NCBI RefSeq assembly: GCF_027921745.1
Contig: NC_079239.1
Coordinates: 744,001 to 808,000 of the forward strand
Reading direction: 5' to 3'
Source: Schizosaccharomyces osmophilus
Taxonomy: Eukaryota
DNA: 64,000 nt
The notes beneath the pieces are model-generated. The model was not told the origin of the DNA. It made no database searches and was given only the letters and a program-made list of their open reading frames with translations. The translations under genes were made by a program, and so were the position numbers. Every line of letters starts with the position of its first letter. The stretch's first letter is position 1. Positions 24,156 through 35,963 of this stretch are shown in pieces.

Positions 24156-27100
24156 ATGTTCTTTAATTTTTCTATTGTAAACAATAAGTTTCAGCATTTT
24201 ATTACCCATTTACTTCAACAATGGGAACTACACTTTTTTCTATGTCTGTTTACATTCACAAACCTCTTTCTTATTCGTAGAATATTTCAACCAAAGTCCC
24301 TATCCAAAATCAGAAGGTACTTTGCGAAATATAGGTTTGTAGAATTCTCTCAAATCTTGTTATCTTCAGTCGCTTGCATCCTTTCATTGTGGATCCAGCC
24401 AACGACTTTCTGGTATCCTCTTCAAATATTGCTTCATCTGGAACTAGTTTGCTTTTATGTGATAACATCAAGAGACCACTTACAGGCACCGTTGTTTTGC
24501 AATCTGAGCATACTTTACTCTTTCGGTTTGTTTACATCTTCTGTTCTAAGCGTCGTTTGTTCATCTCGTTTTGCAACTGAACAATTCCAATTATCACAGC
24601 TAATGAGTACTTTCGACAACCGTATTCAGGTTTCTTACATAGCGATATTATTTTTTCTAAATCTCTTTCCTTTGTTCACTCCTCGAGTATGGTATCCAGT
24701 TCAACCAAATGTTCTGTCTGATATTCCTTCTACCGAACAAACCTGCTCCTTATTTTCGTTATTTTTCACCTATGGTTGGCTTAATGATATTATCTTTAAG
24801 GCTTGGAAAAGCCCTGTCTCGCTTGCAGATATGCCTGCGTTGCCCAATACAGATCAAACTTTAATATGGTTTTCTGCTTTCCAAAAACAAGGAAAGAAGG
24901 GCCTTATAACCATGATTTTATACTCACTACAGTCGAACGTTCTTTTCCTTGCCGTGCTTTCTGTAATAGTCAGCTTGACTACTTTTATATCGCCGTATGC
25001 TATAAAAAATTTACTCCAATATCTTCAAACTCCTCAGCGTGATACCTCGAGATGTCCAATTCATTTGCTTTTGATGTTATTGTTCGGCCCATATGTTGCT
25101 TCTGTCATTAAGGAGTACAGCGTGCATATCTCAAGGCGATTTATGCTACGTACGAAGGCAGGCATCTCCCAGTTAATTTATGAAAAAGTCGTTCATTCTA
25201 AAATTTCCCAAATTACCATGGATGGTTCACAGGCTAACATTGACCATATATATAATTTGCTTGCTTCCGATGTTGACAACATTGCCAACATGAGAGAGTT
25301 TATTAGTTTTTTCGTTCGAGGTCCCATTGATGTAGGGATAGCAATGTTTTTCTTACATCGTTTACTTGGCTGGAGTGCTTATGTTGGTGTTCTTTTGGCG
25401 ATTAGTAGTGCCCTTCTCCCTCTTTTGATTTCTTCCAAATTAGCCGAGCTAACTTCAATATCTAATCGTTCTAGTGATGATAGAATTCGATTTACTACGG
25501 AAATTTTGCGAAGTATCAGAGTTACCAAGTTTTTTGGTTGGGAAAAGCCAATGCTACAAAAAGTTCGCGAAAAGCGCAATATTGAAATTGCAAATATCTG
25601 GAGGCTAAATATTCTCGACATCACTTTTAAAAGCTGTATGAAAATCGCGCCCTTCTTAAGTATGTTTATAACATTCGCTACATTCACAAAAGTAATGGAT
25701 AGGGAATTATCCCCTTCCATAGCTTTTACCTCTATTTCTCTTTTCTCTGTACTTAGAAATCAATTCATAACTCTCTCAGGTATACTTCGGCAAATGATTC
25801 AGTTTCGTGTTTCTATTAATCGCGTTAGTTTGTTCTTGGCTAAAGGTAGCGAACCAAATGAAACACCTGTAAGCCATGAAGAAATATCCTTTACGAATGC
25901 TTCTCTATCTTGGTGCCCTTTCCCTTCTTCTGCTCAATTTCAGCTTAGAGAATTAAACTTTACGATTCCCCGTGATCAATTTACGTTAGTTTTAGGAGCT
26001 ACAGGTTCTGGGAAAACGACGCTAGCTGCTGCTATCCTTGGCGAGCTGCATCTTACTAGCGGTAAAATGAATGTTCCCTTGAGAGAGGAATGTGTTGGTT
26101 ATGTTCCCCAAACATCCTGGCTCAGGAACGATACAATCCGTGCTAATATTCTGTTTGGAGAGATTTTCGACGAATATAGATATCGCAAAGTCATTGAGGC
26201 TTCATGCTTAGAGGCGGATTTGGAAAGGCTCCATGCCGGTGATTTAACTTTTGTCCAGTCGAACGGATCAAGTCTTTCAGGGGGACAAAAGCAAAGGATA
26301 TCATTAGCTCGAGCATTGTACTTAAATTCAAATGTTTATATTTTTGATGACATATTTTCGGCGCTGGATATTGCAACGTCGAAGAAAGTTTACAAAAACT
26401 GCTTTGAGAGCGGGCTCTTAAAAGGTAAAACAGTCATTTTGTTTACTCATAATATCAATCTTTCTATATCAATGGCTGATAATGTCATATTGTTGGAAAA
26501 TGCTACGGCAAAATTTGTGCCCTCGAAAGAAATTAAGGGACAGTCTTCTTTTCTTTCTGCTCAACATAATGGCGCTAGTCATGAACCTGCGCAGACCAAC
26601 CTTTCAACTGACCCTCACGAAAATATGTATGAAGACAATGTAGTATCTGCAGAAGAGGAAGCAACAACAGGAGTTTGCAGTGCGGTGAAGCCAAGCCTTG
26701 CTTCTTTAGCAAGTCACTATATGAGTTATTTCGGATCGTCCTTTTTCCTTACCATTTGTGGATCGTTTGTATTATTGACTCAACTGATGATAGCAAGTAT
26801 CAACTTTTGGGTGGCAGTTTGGTCCGGGCAATCTCATAAAGGGTTAAAGCTTCCATTTTCATTTTCTTTTCTCCAGGGCTATGCGTTTCTCTTGGTCATT
26901 TACTTTAGTGTCGACTTAATGCGAGGAGGATTGTTTTCTGCGGGTGGCCGTAGAGCCAGTAGATCTCTTCATGAGCGGGTCTCAGAACGCGTTTTTGGCA
27001 GTCCATTGCACTGGTTTGAAAAAACCGCAATAGGCAGAGTTATAAACAGATTTTCGAAGGATATTGCATCTGTGGACAATATGTTATGGGTTTCGATTGA

Positions 27101-28448
27101 AAACATATTATGCTGTCTAATGGCTTTGTTAATGGGCCTTGGGAACGTTACCATTATTATGCCTATATTTATTGCTCCAGCCGTTTTGGTTTGCATCGTC
27201 GTGTATGGATTTGCTTATGTGTATTCAAAGGCGCAAAAACAGCTTACTGCTTGCTCTTCTTCTCAAATATCGCCTGTTTTTAGCTTGTTGGGTGAAACGT
27301 TGTCCGGGTTAACGATTATTCGTGCATTCCGAAAGGAAGAGGCATTTGAAATAGAAAACATGGCTGTGCTTGACCATATGCTTCAATCGCAGTTTGTTTC
27401 GTATGCCATTAATCGCTGGCTGGCGATCCGTACCGATGGGATTAGTGGGTTGGTTGGTTTTCTTACAGCATTGATTGCTATATGGAAACAAAATATTCCT
27501 ACAGAATTGGTTGGATTCTCTCTAAACAGTGCAGTAGGACTGAATCTATGCGTATTAGTCTTTGTGCGAGCTAGCAATGAATTGATTACGCATCTAAATA
27601 GCTATCATAGACTGAACGAATATAGCAACCTTCCGCTGGAAGAGCATCAGATGGCATCCGGCTGTCAATTGCGAGATGAGGGATGGCCGAGATCGGGGTC
27701 ATTAGATGTACAGCAGTTGACAGTTCATTATGGGATGAGTGCGACGCCTGTGCTTGAAGACATAAGTTTGAAAGTAGCGCCAAAGGAAAAGCTTGCGATT
27801 GTGGGAAGGACGGGGAGTGGAAAAAGCACATTGGGTTTAAGCTTACTTCGATTTACAAACCAAACAAGTGGGAGTGTTCAAATTGACGGCGTGGATATCA
27901 ACACGCTACAGTTGGAAACGCTTCGGCAGCGAGTGAGTCTTATTCCGCAAGATCCGGTTTTGATTTCAGGCACAGTCAGAAGTAATTTGGACCCATTTGA
28001 GCAAGTGAGTGATGAAGAGTTGAACGATGTATTACAAGTGACCTCTTGCGACACATTGGTGACGACGGGATCAGGGACGGCGGGATCGTCCTTTGCAATT
28101 CAATTAGATACACCAGTGGAAACGGGCGGGACGAATTTTTCGCAAGGACAAAGACAGATTTTAGCGCTTGCAAGAGCGCTTGTTCGAAAGTCGCGGATTA
28201 TAATTTTGGACGAAAGTACGGCATCTGTGGACGATACTACGGACCGTCGAATCCAAGAGATGTTACGGAGGGTATTTCGAGAAGCAACTGTCTTGTGCAT
28301 TGCACATCGAATCAAGACGGTATTAGATTATGACAAAATCTTGGTATTAGATGCAGGAAAAGTCATTGAGTATGGATCGCCCAAGTCTCTTTATTGGAAG
28401 CGAGGATCGTTTTGGGCAATGTGTCAACAAAGTCAAATTTCGTTGTAG
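24156..28448 (+). CDS. ybt1: ABCC/MRP-family ABC transporter (Ybt1/Abc1)
   Basis: Two TMD-NBD modules; Walker A GATGSGKT and GRTGSGKS, signatures LSGGQ and FSQGQRQ, IIILDESTASVD; first ATG 24156. Confidence 0.9.
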   Translation: MFFNFSIVNNKFQHFITHLLQQWELHFFLCLFTFTNLFLIRRIFQPKSLSKIRRYFAKYRFVEFSQILLSSVACILSLWIQPTTFWYPLQILLHLELVCFYVITSRDHLQAPLFCNLSILYSFGLFTSSVLSVVCSSRFATEQFQLSQLMSTFDNRIQVSYIAILFFLNLFPLFTPRVWYPVQPNVLSDIPSTEQTCSLFSLFFTYGWLNDIIFKAWKSPVSLADMPALPNTDQTLIWFSAFQKQGKKGLITMILYSLQSNVLFLAVLSVIVSLTTFISPYAIKNLLQYLQTPQRDTSRCPIHLLLMLLFGPYVASVIKEYSVHISRRFMLRTKAGISQLIYEKVVHSKISQITMDGSQANIDHIYNLLASDVDNIANMREFISFFVRGPIDVGIAMFFLHRLLGWSAYVGVLLAISSALLPLLISSKLAELTSISNRSSDDRIRFTTEILRSIRVTKFFGWEKPMLQKVREKRNIEIANIWRLNILDITFKSCMKIAPFLSMFITFATFTKVMDRELSPSIAFTSISLFSVLRNQFITLSGILRQMIQFRVSINRVSLFLAKGSEPNETPVSHEEISFTNASLSWCPFPSSAQFQLRELNFTIPRDQFTLVLGATGSGKTTLAAAILGELHLTSGKMNVPLREECVGYVPQTSWLRNDTIRANILFGEIFDEYRYRKVIEASCLEADLERLHAGDLTFVQSNGSSLSGGQKQRISLARALYLNSNVYIFDDIFSALDIATSKKVYKNCFESGLLKGKTVILFTHNINLSISMADNVILLENATAKFVPSKEIKGQSSFLSAQHNGASHEPAQTNLSTDPHENMYEDNVVSAEEEATTGVCSAVKPSLASLASHYMSYFGSSFFLTICGSFVLLTQLMIASINFWVAVWSGQSHKGLKLPFSFSFLQGYAFLLVIYFSVDLMRGGLFSAGGRRASRSLHERVSERVFGSPLHWFEKTAIGRVINRFSKDIASVDNMLWVSIENILCCLMALLMGLGNVTIIMPIFIAPAVLVCIVVYGFAYVYSKAQKQLTACSSSQISPVFSLLGETLSGLTIIRAFRKEEAFEIENMAVLDHMLQSQFVSYAINRWLAIRTDGISGLVGFLTALIAIWKQNIPTELVGFSLNSAVGLNLCVLVFVRASNELITHLNSYHRLNEYSNLPLEEHQMASGCQLRDEGWPRSGSLDVQQLTVHYGMSATPVLEDISLKVAPKEKLAIVGRTGSGKSTLGLSLLRFTNQTSGSVQIDGVDINTLQLETLRQRVSLIPQDPVLISGTVRSNLDPFEQVSDEELNDVLQVTSCDTLVTTGSGTAGSSFAIQLDTPVETGGTNFSQGQRQILALARALVRKSRIIILDESTASVDDTTDRRIQEMLRRVFREATVLCIAHRIKTVLDYDKILVLDAGKVIEYGSPKSLYWKRGSFWAMCQQSQISL

Positions 28449-29632
28449 CATCCTGGCATGTTTGAGAGACGAAAACTGCCGGCAGTTGTGTAGATACAGA
28501 TACGGAAAATAAAGAAAAAAAAAAAAAAAAGGAAATGTATGAAACGGTTGCGTTAAGAAAAGTTTGATTCTTCTCAAAAAGGATCCACGTAATTTTTTTT
28601 TTTATTATTATTTTTTTTTGGTTTCTTTAACAAGATTTGTTTGCAAAAAAAATATATTTACCTTTTTTTTTGTCTCGCAAGTCATTGTTTATTTACCAGT
28701 GCGTTTCAAGAACCTACGTTAATTTGGAGAACGAACTTTACCACATCTCAATGTTCATACAGTTTGGTGGGTGGGAATTTTTTTTTTTTTTTTGGGGGGG
28801 GGCTTGCTAGTGGAGACAATGTTGAATGAAAGGATATCATCCTACGAATGGGCCAATTGTCGTGAAAAAAGAACGTTCACACGGCCATAGTAACACCAAT
28901 GTTCCCTCTCAATCTCAATCTCATTTACATTATTATGTTTTTTTTTTTTTTTTTTTTTTTCTAGGGCGCCTCTTTTGTCTCGCATTCGTCTATCTTTAAC
29001 GGAAAAAAGCTTCGCAGTTTCAAACCATCCCGTCGCACTTTATTGATGCAGAATAAAAGTATCAGTAAGCACCGATCAAGAGCAAAAGCTGGACAAAAGA
29101 GCCTACATCGTATCTGACAAACCTTCCATAAGACAAGACCTGTTTTTGTTGGCTTTTGCACTAGTAAACGTAATCATGTCAATAAAGCCGTGATTCAAGT
29201 TTGAAGACAGCCATGTTTGGGAGATGGAATCCACAAAGAAAGAAAGAAACAAAAAAAAAATGACCCAACAAAAAAAAAAGGAAAAGGAGCTTTTTTATGA
29301 AACCATCTTTTGTAGCGAACCCTTTTTTTATTGATGATTTTTTTACGGATAGTTATTGTTTCCGAACCATCCGATAGCGTTAAGAAGAACAAATCGCTTT
29401 CCGCCAACCTTAAGCACAATGCGGATGAGGAATCAAACGAAACTTTGAACTGCGACTTTGCTCGCCCGAACCTTTTTCCTTGGGTTTTCTTGGTCGCTAC
29501 TTGCAAACCTTCTGAACCTTCTTCTCTCCTAAAGGGTTACCTCCACTTTTTTTCATTCACGGAAAGCTTAAAAGGCTGACTATGAAGTCAGTTTGGATTA
29601 GTCATTGCATAGGGGTTACGTATGCTTTTTTA

Positions 29633-29839
29633 ATTGGCTAAGAAAAGATCGTTGATTGGTGACGACGTGTGTCATACAGCGTGATGTCAAAGTGGTGTCA
29701 GGTTTCGCCCTTTGAATTGTGGCCATCTCAGACATCTTTCTCCCCCCTCTGAGTCATGGTTGGTGCCACTTTTTGTTCTATTCGTTTGAATGTTGCTTGA
29801 TGAATCGACCAATCATGAAACTTCATAGATGATATAAAA
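29633..29839 (+). promoter_or_regulatory. atd1 promoter: CCAAT boxes, STREP-like CCCCTC, TATA box
   Basis: ATTGG at 29633 and 29655, CCCCTC 29744, CCAAT 29809, TATAAAA 29833, followed by a U-rich AUG-free leader up to 30241. Confidence 0.45.
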
Positions 29840-30240
29840 GACCCATCGCTGCCATGTTAGAAGTCTACTATCCAAGCTCTGTGCATTTATTTTATATTTA
29901 ATTTCTTGTATTTAGAGAAGACGAATCTCTAGGTTTTTTTAGTTTTTTTTTTTTTTATTTTTCTTTTAGCAACGAATTTTGGGTATCCGCTTTCGTTGAC
30001 TTTTCTCCCCTTTCTATATAAAATTCACAACCTGTACTCTTTTTTTAGAGAAAATTTAGGAAAAAAGGCTTGAACTTTTTTTTTCGCGTTTCTTCCCTGA
30101 CTATCTGTATCGATTGCTTGATTTAGCATAGTCATCTTTCCTATCTTTTCCTTATTTGGTTTTGTTTCTGGCATTCTTTTCCACTTCCATTTTTCAATTT
30201 ATTGTATCTATTTCGTTTTTGCTCACTACATATTTGCAAG

Positions 30241-31755
30241 ATGACTACTGTTCGTGAAATCCCCAACGTCCAAGTCGACATTCCTTCTGGCAAGAAGTAC
30301 GAACAACCCGTTGGTTTGTTCATTAACAACAAGCACGTCGACGCAGTCAATGGCGGCCGTGTCAAGGTCTTCTCTCCTTCTACTGAGAAACTCATCTGCG
30401 AAGTCGTCGATGCCGACGAAGAGGACGTCGATATTGCTGTCAAGGCTGCTCGTGCTGCTTTCCAAAACGATGCTCCCTGGCGCAGATTCTCTAGTGCTGA
30501 ACGTGGTCGCTGTTTGACCAAATTGGCCGACTTTATTGAGCAAAACTTGGAATATCTCGCTTCCATTGAAACTCTCGACAACGGTAAGAGTATCACTTTG
30601 GCTCGCGGCGATGTCCAAGGTGCTGCTAACTGTTTCCGTTACTACGGTGGTTGGGCCGATAAGGATTATGGTCAAACTATTGAGACCGATGTCACTCGTT
30701 TCGCTTATACCCGCCATGAACCCATTGGTGTCTGCGGTCAAATTATCCCTTGGAACTTTCCCTTCCTCATGTGCGCTTGGAAGATCGGTCCTGCCGTCGC
30801 TTGTGGTAACACAGTCATCTTGAAGACCGCTGAGTTGACTCCTTTGTCTGCTCTCGTCCTCACTCAATTCATCGAGCCCGCTGGTTTCCCTCCCGGTGTC
30901 GTCAACGTTCTTAGCGGTGATGGCCGTCGTTGTGGTAATGCCATGGCTTGCCATATGGACATTGACAAGATTGCCTTTACTGGTTCCACTGGTGTCGGCC
31001 GTATGGTTATGCGTTCCGCCGCTGCTTCCAACTTGAAGAAGGTTACTCTTGAACTCGGTGGTAAGTCCCCTAACATCGTTTTCGACGATGCCGATTTAGA
31101 GGAAGCTGCCGTTTGGGTTAACTTTGGTATCTTTTACAACTCTGGTCAAGTTTGCTGTGCTGGTAGTCGTGTCTACGTCCAAGAAAACGTTTATGACGAG
31201 TTTGTCAAACGCGTCGTTAACAAGGCCAAGTCTTTGAAGGTCGGTGATCCTTTCGACGAGGAAACTTTCCAAGGTGCTCAAGTTTCCAAGCAACAATACG
31301 AGCGTATCATCGGTTACATCGAGAGTGGTATTCAACACGGTGCTAAGCTTGAGGTTGGTGGTAAGCCCCATGGTCACATTGGTTACTTTGTTGAACCCAC
31401 TGTTTTGTCTGGCGTTACCGAAGACATGGCTGTCGGTAAGGAAGAAATCTTTGGTCCTGTCTTGGCCATCATCAAGTTCAAGACTGTTGAAGAAGCTGTC
31501 CGTCGTGGTAACAACAGCACCTTCGGTTTGGCTGCTGGTGTTCACACCAACGACCTCCGCAACGCCGTTAAGGTCAGCAACCGCTTGGAAGCTGGTACTG
31601 TCTGGATCAACTGCTATAACCTTTTGCATCACCAAATTCCTTTCGGTGGTTACAAGGAGAGTGGTATTGGCCGTGAGCTTGGTTCATATGGTTTGACCAA
31701 CTACACTCAAACCAAGTCTGTCCATATCAACCTTGGCATGGATCTTCCCATCTAA
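30241..31755 (+). CDS. atd1: Aldehyde dehydrogenase
   Basis: IIPWNFP, FTGST, LELGGKSP, catalytic GQVCCAGS, EEIFGP, PFGGYKESG; strong high-expression codon bias. Confidence 0.96.
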   Translation: MTTVREIPNVQVDIPSGKKYEQPVGLFINNKHVDAVNGGRVKVFSPSTEKLICEVVDADEEDVDIAVKAARAAFQNDAPWRRFSSAERGRCLTKLADFIEQNLEYLASIETLDNGKSITLARGDVQGAANCFRYYGGWADKDYGQTIETDVTRFAYTRHEPIGVCGQIIPWNFPFLMCAWKIGPAVACGNTVILKTAELTPLSALVLTQFIEPAGFPPGVVNVLSGDGRRCGNAMACHMDIDKIAFTGSTGVGRMVMRSAAASNLKKVTLELGGKSPNIVFDDADLEEAAVWVNFGIFYNSGQVCCAGSRVYVQENVYDEFVKRVVNKAKSLKVGDPFDEETFQGAQVSKQQYERIIGYIESGIQHGAKLEVGGKPHGHIGYFVEPTVLSGVTEDMAVGKEEIFGPVLAIIKFKTVEEAVRRGNNSTFGLAAGVHTNDLRNAVKVSNRLEAGTVWINCYNLLHHQIPFGGYKESGIGRELGSYGLTNYTQTKSVHINLGMDLPI

Positions 31756-32137
31756 ACTTTTTAGAATATCAAGAATTGATTTTGAGGACAGTAAAGCATG
31801 TATTTCATCCTCGAAACTTTCCTTTTGCTTTTTATCCCCGAGCCTTCTTTCAACTTTTGTATGTGTGCGAGGCATGATCAATGAAGTTTTATTGACTATG
31901 ATTGCACTGCGATGTCCCCTTTTTAATGATCTTTTTTATATTATTCTAGTTATAATGGTTTAGGAACAAGGTAATTGAATAAGAATTTACATTCATTGAC
32001 GATAGAAAATTATTGGCAATGTATAATTAATTATCTATAAATTTGTGGACGTAAAGAGAATGTGTGCAAAAAAAACTTGGTGGAAAAGAAAATATTTTGA
32101 TTTTCATGAAAACATGAAGATGATAAAAAATCAAAAA

Positions 32138-33997
32138 TCAAAAATTGTTGTACAATTGCTCCAATTCTTCTGGAGACAAGCAAATTTCCAATAGTTGAGA
32201 ACCTAAAGAAGCAGTTTCTGACGCGTCGTCACCAAATAAGTGGTTTTCCAAATCGCCAAAAGTACACGAAGCCAAGGAATAAATGAACCTTGAATGGAGG
32301 CCGTTTCCGGCGCTCATGAGTCGGGAAGACAAGTCAGCCGGAGCGATTAAATACAAAAGTCGAATAATGGACATTAATATTTCAGCGGTATCTGCTGTGT
32401 CAAACATAGCACTCAGCAGCCGATGATGGTACCAACATAAACCAAGAGCAAAGGAAGGTATTACTGGATAACAATTGCGAAGGACTTCAGTTGTGATCGT
32501 TCGGTTCTTTTGTAAAAAATTCGTAAACAGGGATAAAATCGTGCGATGAATCTCTTTCCATTTTAAAATGGAATAGACATCATTCTCTTCTCGTGTAGGT
32601 TCCACAAATATATTAGAAATTGTAGTAATCAACCGAAATATCAAATCTCGCCCTGTTTCGTCTGTGTTTACAAATTTAATGGATGCACAATAAGAAACTG
32701 TCATGGAACTCATGAGCAACAATATCCCTTCTTTGATTAAAACAAACGAATCATGAATTTGTAAGCAATGCTGAAATACTTCATGCTTTACTTGTCCAGA
32801 TACTTCCTCAAATTTGGATGGGGCTAAATCGGACACAACCGGCATATAGAATCGCAAAAATTGGGCGAGAGGTTGAAGATCTTTTAAGGAATTGGCATCA
32901 CTTTTAGAAGCAATGACAATGATAGCATTACCGACCAAAGCTGGAATGCGCGCATGTAAGAGTAAAACACAACTGTCAGGATCAAAGAAAACAAGGCCCT
33001 CCAAGAGTTGAACAAGGCCGCGTAGTGGTCCAAAAACCTCGTTGTTGGTGGCCATTTGAATAAGGCTGGCAATAGCTTGAATAACAGAATTTTGATATTC
33101 GTCATACTCTGATGATAGATCAGAATTGTATATGTAGTTGCATAACGATCCATAAAGTTTAAAACAGGAAGGAAAGGATTTGAATTCCTCAAACAAAAGT
33201 GAGTAACAATTCAAAATATTTGTCAGATTTCGAGACAAAAACAAAATTTCCTCTCTTTTTTGGAAAACAAACAGCTCTTGTATCATTTTGTCGGAATGCA
33301 TCGGAAAAGACGTTTCGTGCTGCGCATTCGATTCTTTCGACTTTGCCCCCTCTACATGCTGTGGTAATGATACTTTTCGTTTTTTCTTTAGTGTCCCTGC
33401 TTTTGGTGCTGTTTTCGCTCTATGAGTTGGATCTGCCTGAGAGGTAGAAGGAAACAAATGGTCCACGCTTGGAAAACCATCTGTGCTGGTTCTTTGAGAA
33501 GACCCCAGTGAAACTGATGATGGTTTCGGATCCCGTTGCAGTTTCTTCATGGACTCCACGGCTTCTTGGGCTTCCCGCTCATGAAACAGAGATTTCGTTT
33601 TCGCATACTCAATCTCCTTTTGAAGTTCTTCCAGCTTTTTTTGATAAGATTCTTGCTGCTGATGAATAGACCTGTTTAGAGACTCTAGCGTCAAGTTGTT
33701 TTGTTCTGCTTGTTTGGCGATATTTGAGCGTAGAATTGCATTCTCACCGCCTCTTATTAGTAATTGCTTTTGAAGGTCATCAGCACCCAGACTTTCATAG
33801 TCTATTGTTTGAGACAACGGGACCTGTGAGTCCAACGGGTTTACAAGGGTCGTTTGAACGCTTGGAGACGAAATCTGGGCGGGTCTCTGAGAAAACACTT
33901 GTTTTTGAGCTTGCTTCTCGATCTCGTCCAGATTCACGCCTTGAAAGATATCATTTACATTGATGTCTGCAAAGTCCAAGTCATCATCCGAAGACAT
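32138..33997 (-). CDS. rad26: ATRIP checkpoint protein Rad26
   Basis: Acidic N-terminus, coiled coil GENAILR...LFHERE, KKKRK motif, helical C-terminus; 619 aa; recalled synteny. Confidence 0.88.
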   Translation of the reverse strand: MSSDDDLDFADINVNDIFQGVNLDEIEKQAQKQVFSQRPAQISSPSVQTTLVNPLDSQVPLSQTIDYESLGADDLQKQLLIRGGENAILRSNIAKQAEQNNLTLESLNRSIHQQQESYQKKLEELQKEIEYAKTKSLFHEREAQEAVESMKKLQRDPKPSSVSLGSSQRTSTDGFPSVDHLFPSTSQADPTHRAKTAPKAGTLKKKRKVSLPQHVEGAKSKESNAQHETSFPMHSDKMIQELFVFQKREEILFLSRNLTNILNCYSLLFEEFKSFPSCFKLYGSLCNYIYNSDLSSEYDEYQNSVIQAIASLIQMATNNEVFGPLRGLVQLLEGLVFFDPDSCVLLLHARIPALVGNAIIVIASKSDANSLKDLQPLAQFLRFYMPVVSDLAPSKFEEVSGQVKHEVFQHCLQIHDSFVLIKEGILLLMSSMTVSYCASIKFVNTDETGRDLIFRLITTISNIFVEPTREENDVYSILKWKEIHRTILSLFTNFLQKNRTITTEVLRNCYPVIPSFALGLCWYHHRLLSAMFDTADTAEILMSIIRLLYLIAPADLSSRLMSAGNGLHSRFIYSLASCTFGDLENHLFGDDASETASLGSQLLEICLSPEELEQLYNNF

Positions 33998-34283
33998 GGG
34001 CGCGTCACCGATAATAAGTTGAATTCACGTTCATGGACGTGTACCCAAAAAAATAAATACAAATAAAGTGAGCAAAATGAACAGAATCAGTCCTTTGCTG
34101 TTCTTGTACTCTTGACCTTCTGAAACTAGGTTTATGCTGTTAGGAAAAAACTTTTTGATTTTTTTAAAGGGAATACCTCAGAAGGAATTAAAAAAATGTA
34201 TGCAAAATCATTTATCCAAAGAAAATGGGTGTTGAGCCAAGAAATTCACCCTTCTTTATGTGCAAGCTAATGGAGAGGTCGTT

Positions 34284-34299
34284 TGTTTACGAAACGCGT
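34284..34299. promoter_or_regulatory. Adjacent forkhead site and MCB element upstream of rad26
   Basis: TGTTTAC 34284-34290 followed by ACGCGT 34294-34299. Confidence 0.4.
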
Positions 34300-35360
34300 C
34301 TCAACGCTCAATTAATGAATGTTACTGTGAATTTGGTAATTATTTTTAGGTTCTCGTAGTACAACGTTTTTTAAACTTAACAATATTGGAAGCAGCTTTG
34401 CTATTATGTAAATATCTACACAATAAATACCAATCAATATTGAAATGAATTTGTACAGAAGCAATCCTTTATCAAGGTAGTAGGTTTGTTTTGTTTTCTT
34501 AAAGCTGAGAAAAAAGAATTATAGAGGTGAGCTGAGAATATTCTCTACCGTTCGTCACAACGGTTTCTCGTTGGCGTTCTTTTACGAAATGTTTTTCTTA
34601 AAAGCTTGGCATTGAAATGAAATCTTAGAAACCTAGAATTTATTGAAAATGTGAATTGGCGTGAATTCATTTCCTTGAGAATAAAAACACTCTAAAAGTA
34701 ACATCGTCCTTTCGTCTCAATTATCAGATGAGTACAGTAATTAAGTGAGACTTCGATGAACGAGAAGGTGTGGAGGAATTCGTTCCTCGCTTCAGCTAAT
34801 TTACTATTACTAACAATTTACTTTGCTTAAAAAGATTTCTCTTACTAAGGCTGGTGTTCTTATAGGTTTATTTTTCAAAGAACTACGTGACTTCAGAGTA
34901 CAAAAAATGAGCTTTGGTAATAGAAGTTGCCATTAAATTTGGATGGCTTATGAGCCTCTTTAGGATTCGCGAACATGAAGAAAACTACTTTATTTATACT
35001 TGCGTATTGCGGAAACCCTGCTACTCATCTCTTGGTAAATATTTACTTTGTCATTACTGCTCTTGGGCTTGATAGAAGCAACCAGAGAGTGATCAGTCAT
35101 AAAGCGTTCTGATGCATGAGAATAATCAAATGTATAATGAAAACTTTTTCCTTTTCCATACGTCTTTTCTACGGACAAAAAACATTTTGAATAGCCCAAA
35201 TTACTTTTCAGCACATATACATTAATTCAAATACACAAATAAGAAAAAACACATTATTTTAGATGTGTTTCATGTATTTTAAAATATTCATTACATCGAC
35301 TCTTTCGAAGCTTCCAAGGACTTTCACCACCGTCGACCTTGTCAAAAGCAACTCCCTACT

Positions 35361-35963
35361 ATGTCAACAAAATCCTACGATTATTTAATAAAATTGCTTC
35401 TTATTGGAGACTCAGGAGTAGGTAAATCATGTCTTCTTTTACGGTTTTCCGAGGATTCCTTCACGCCATCTTTTATCACAACGATCGGGATTGATTTCAA
35501 GATTCGCACCATTGAACTTGATGGTAAGCGCATTAAACTACAAATATGGGACACGGCCGGCCAAGAACGATTCCGCACAATTACAACTGCATATTATCGC
35601 GGAGCAATGGGTATTTTATTATTGTATGATGTTACAGACAAAAAGTCTTTTGACAACATCCGAACATGGTTCAGCAATGTGGAACAGCATGCCAGTGAAA
35701 ATGTGTACAAAATTTTAGTTGGTAACAAGTGTGATTGCGAGGATCAAAGACAAGTTTCGTTTGAACAAGGAAAAGCTTTGGCTGATGAACTTGGAGTAAG
35801 ATTTTTGGAAGCTAGTGCCAAGACAAATGTCAATGTGGAGGAAGCCTTCTTTACGCTTGCTCGTGAGATTAAAAAGCAAAAGATTGATGCCGAGCATGAA
35901 TTCAACAATCAGGGGAACAACGTCGATTTAGGAAACGACCACTCTGTGAAGCGTTGCTGTTAA
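35361..35963 (+). CDS. ypt2: Rab8/Sec4-family GTPase Ypt2
   Basis: [32 protein letters not shown]-terminal CC. Confidence 0.97.
   Translation: MSTKSYDYLIKLLLIGDSGVGKSCLLLRFSEDSFTPSFITTIGIDFKIRTIELDGKRIKLQIWDTAGQERFRTITTAYYRGAMGILLLYDVTDKKSFDNIRTWFSNVEQHASENVYKILVGNKCDCEDQRQVSFEQGKALADELGVRFLEASAKTNVNVEEAFFTLAREIKKQKIDAEHEFNNQGNNVDLGNDHSVKRCC

Noticed and set aside
30226..31635. Long antisense ORFs (242 aa, 179 aa) opposite atd1
   Set aside because: Shadow frames caused by the strong codon bias of a highly expressed gene; no recognisable protein features
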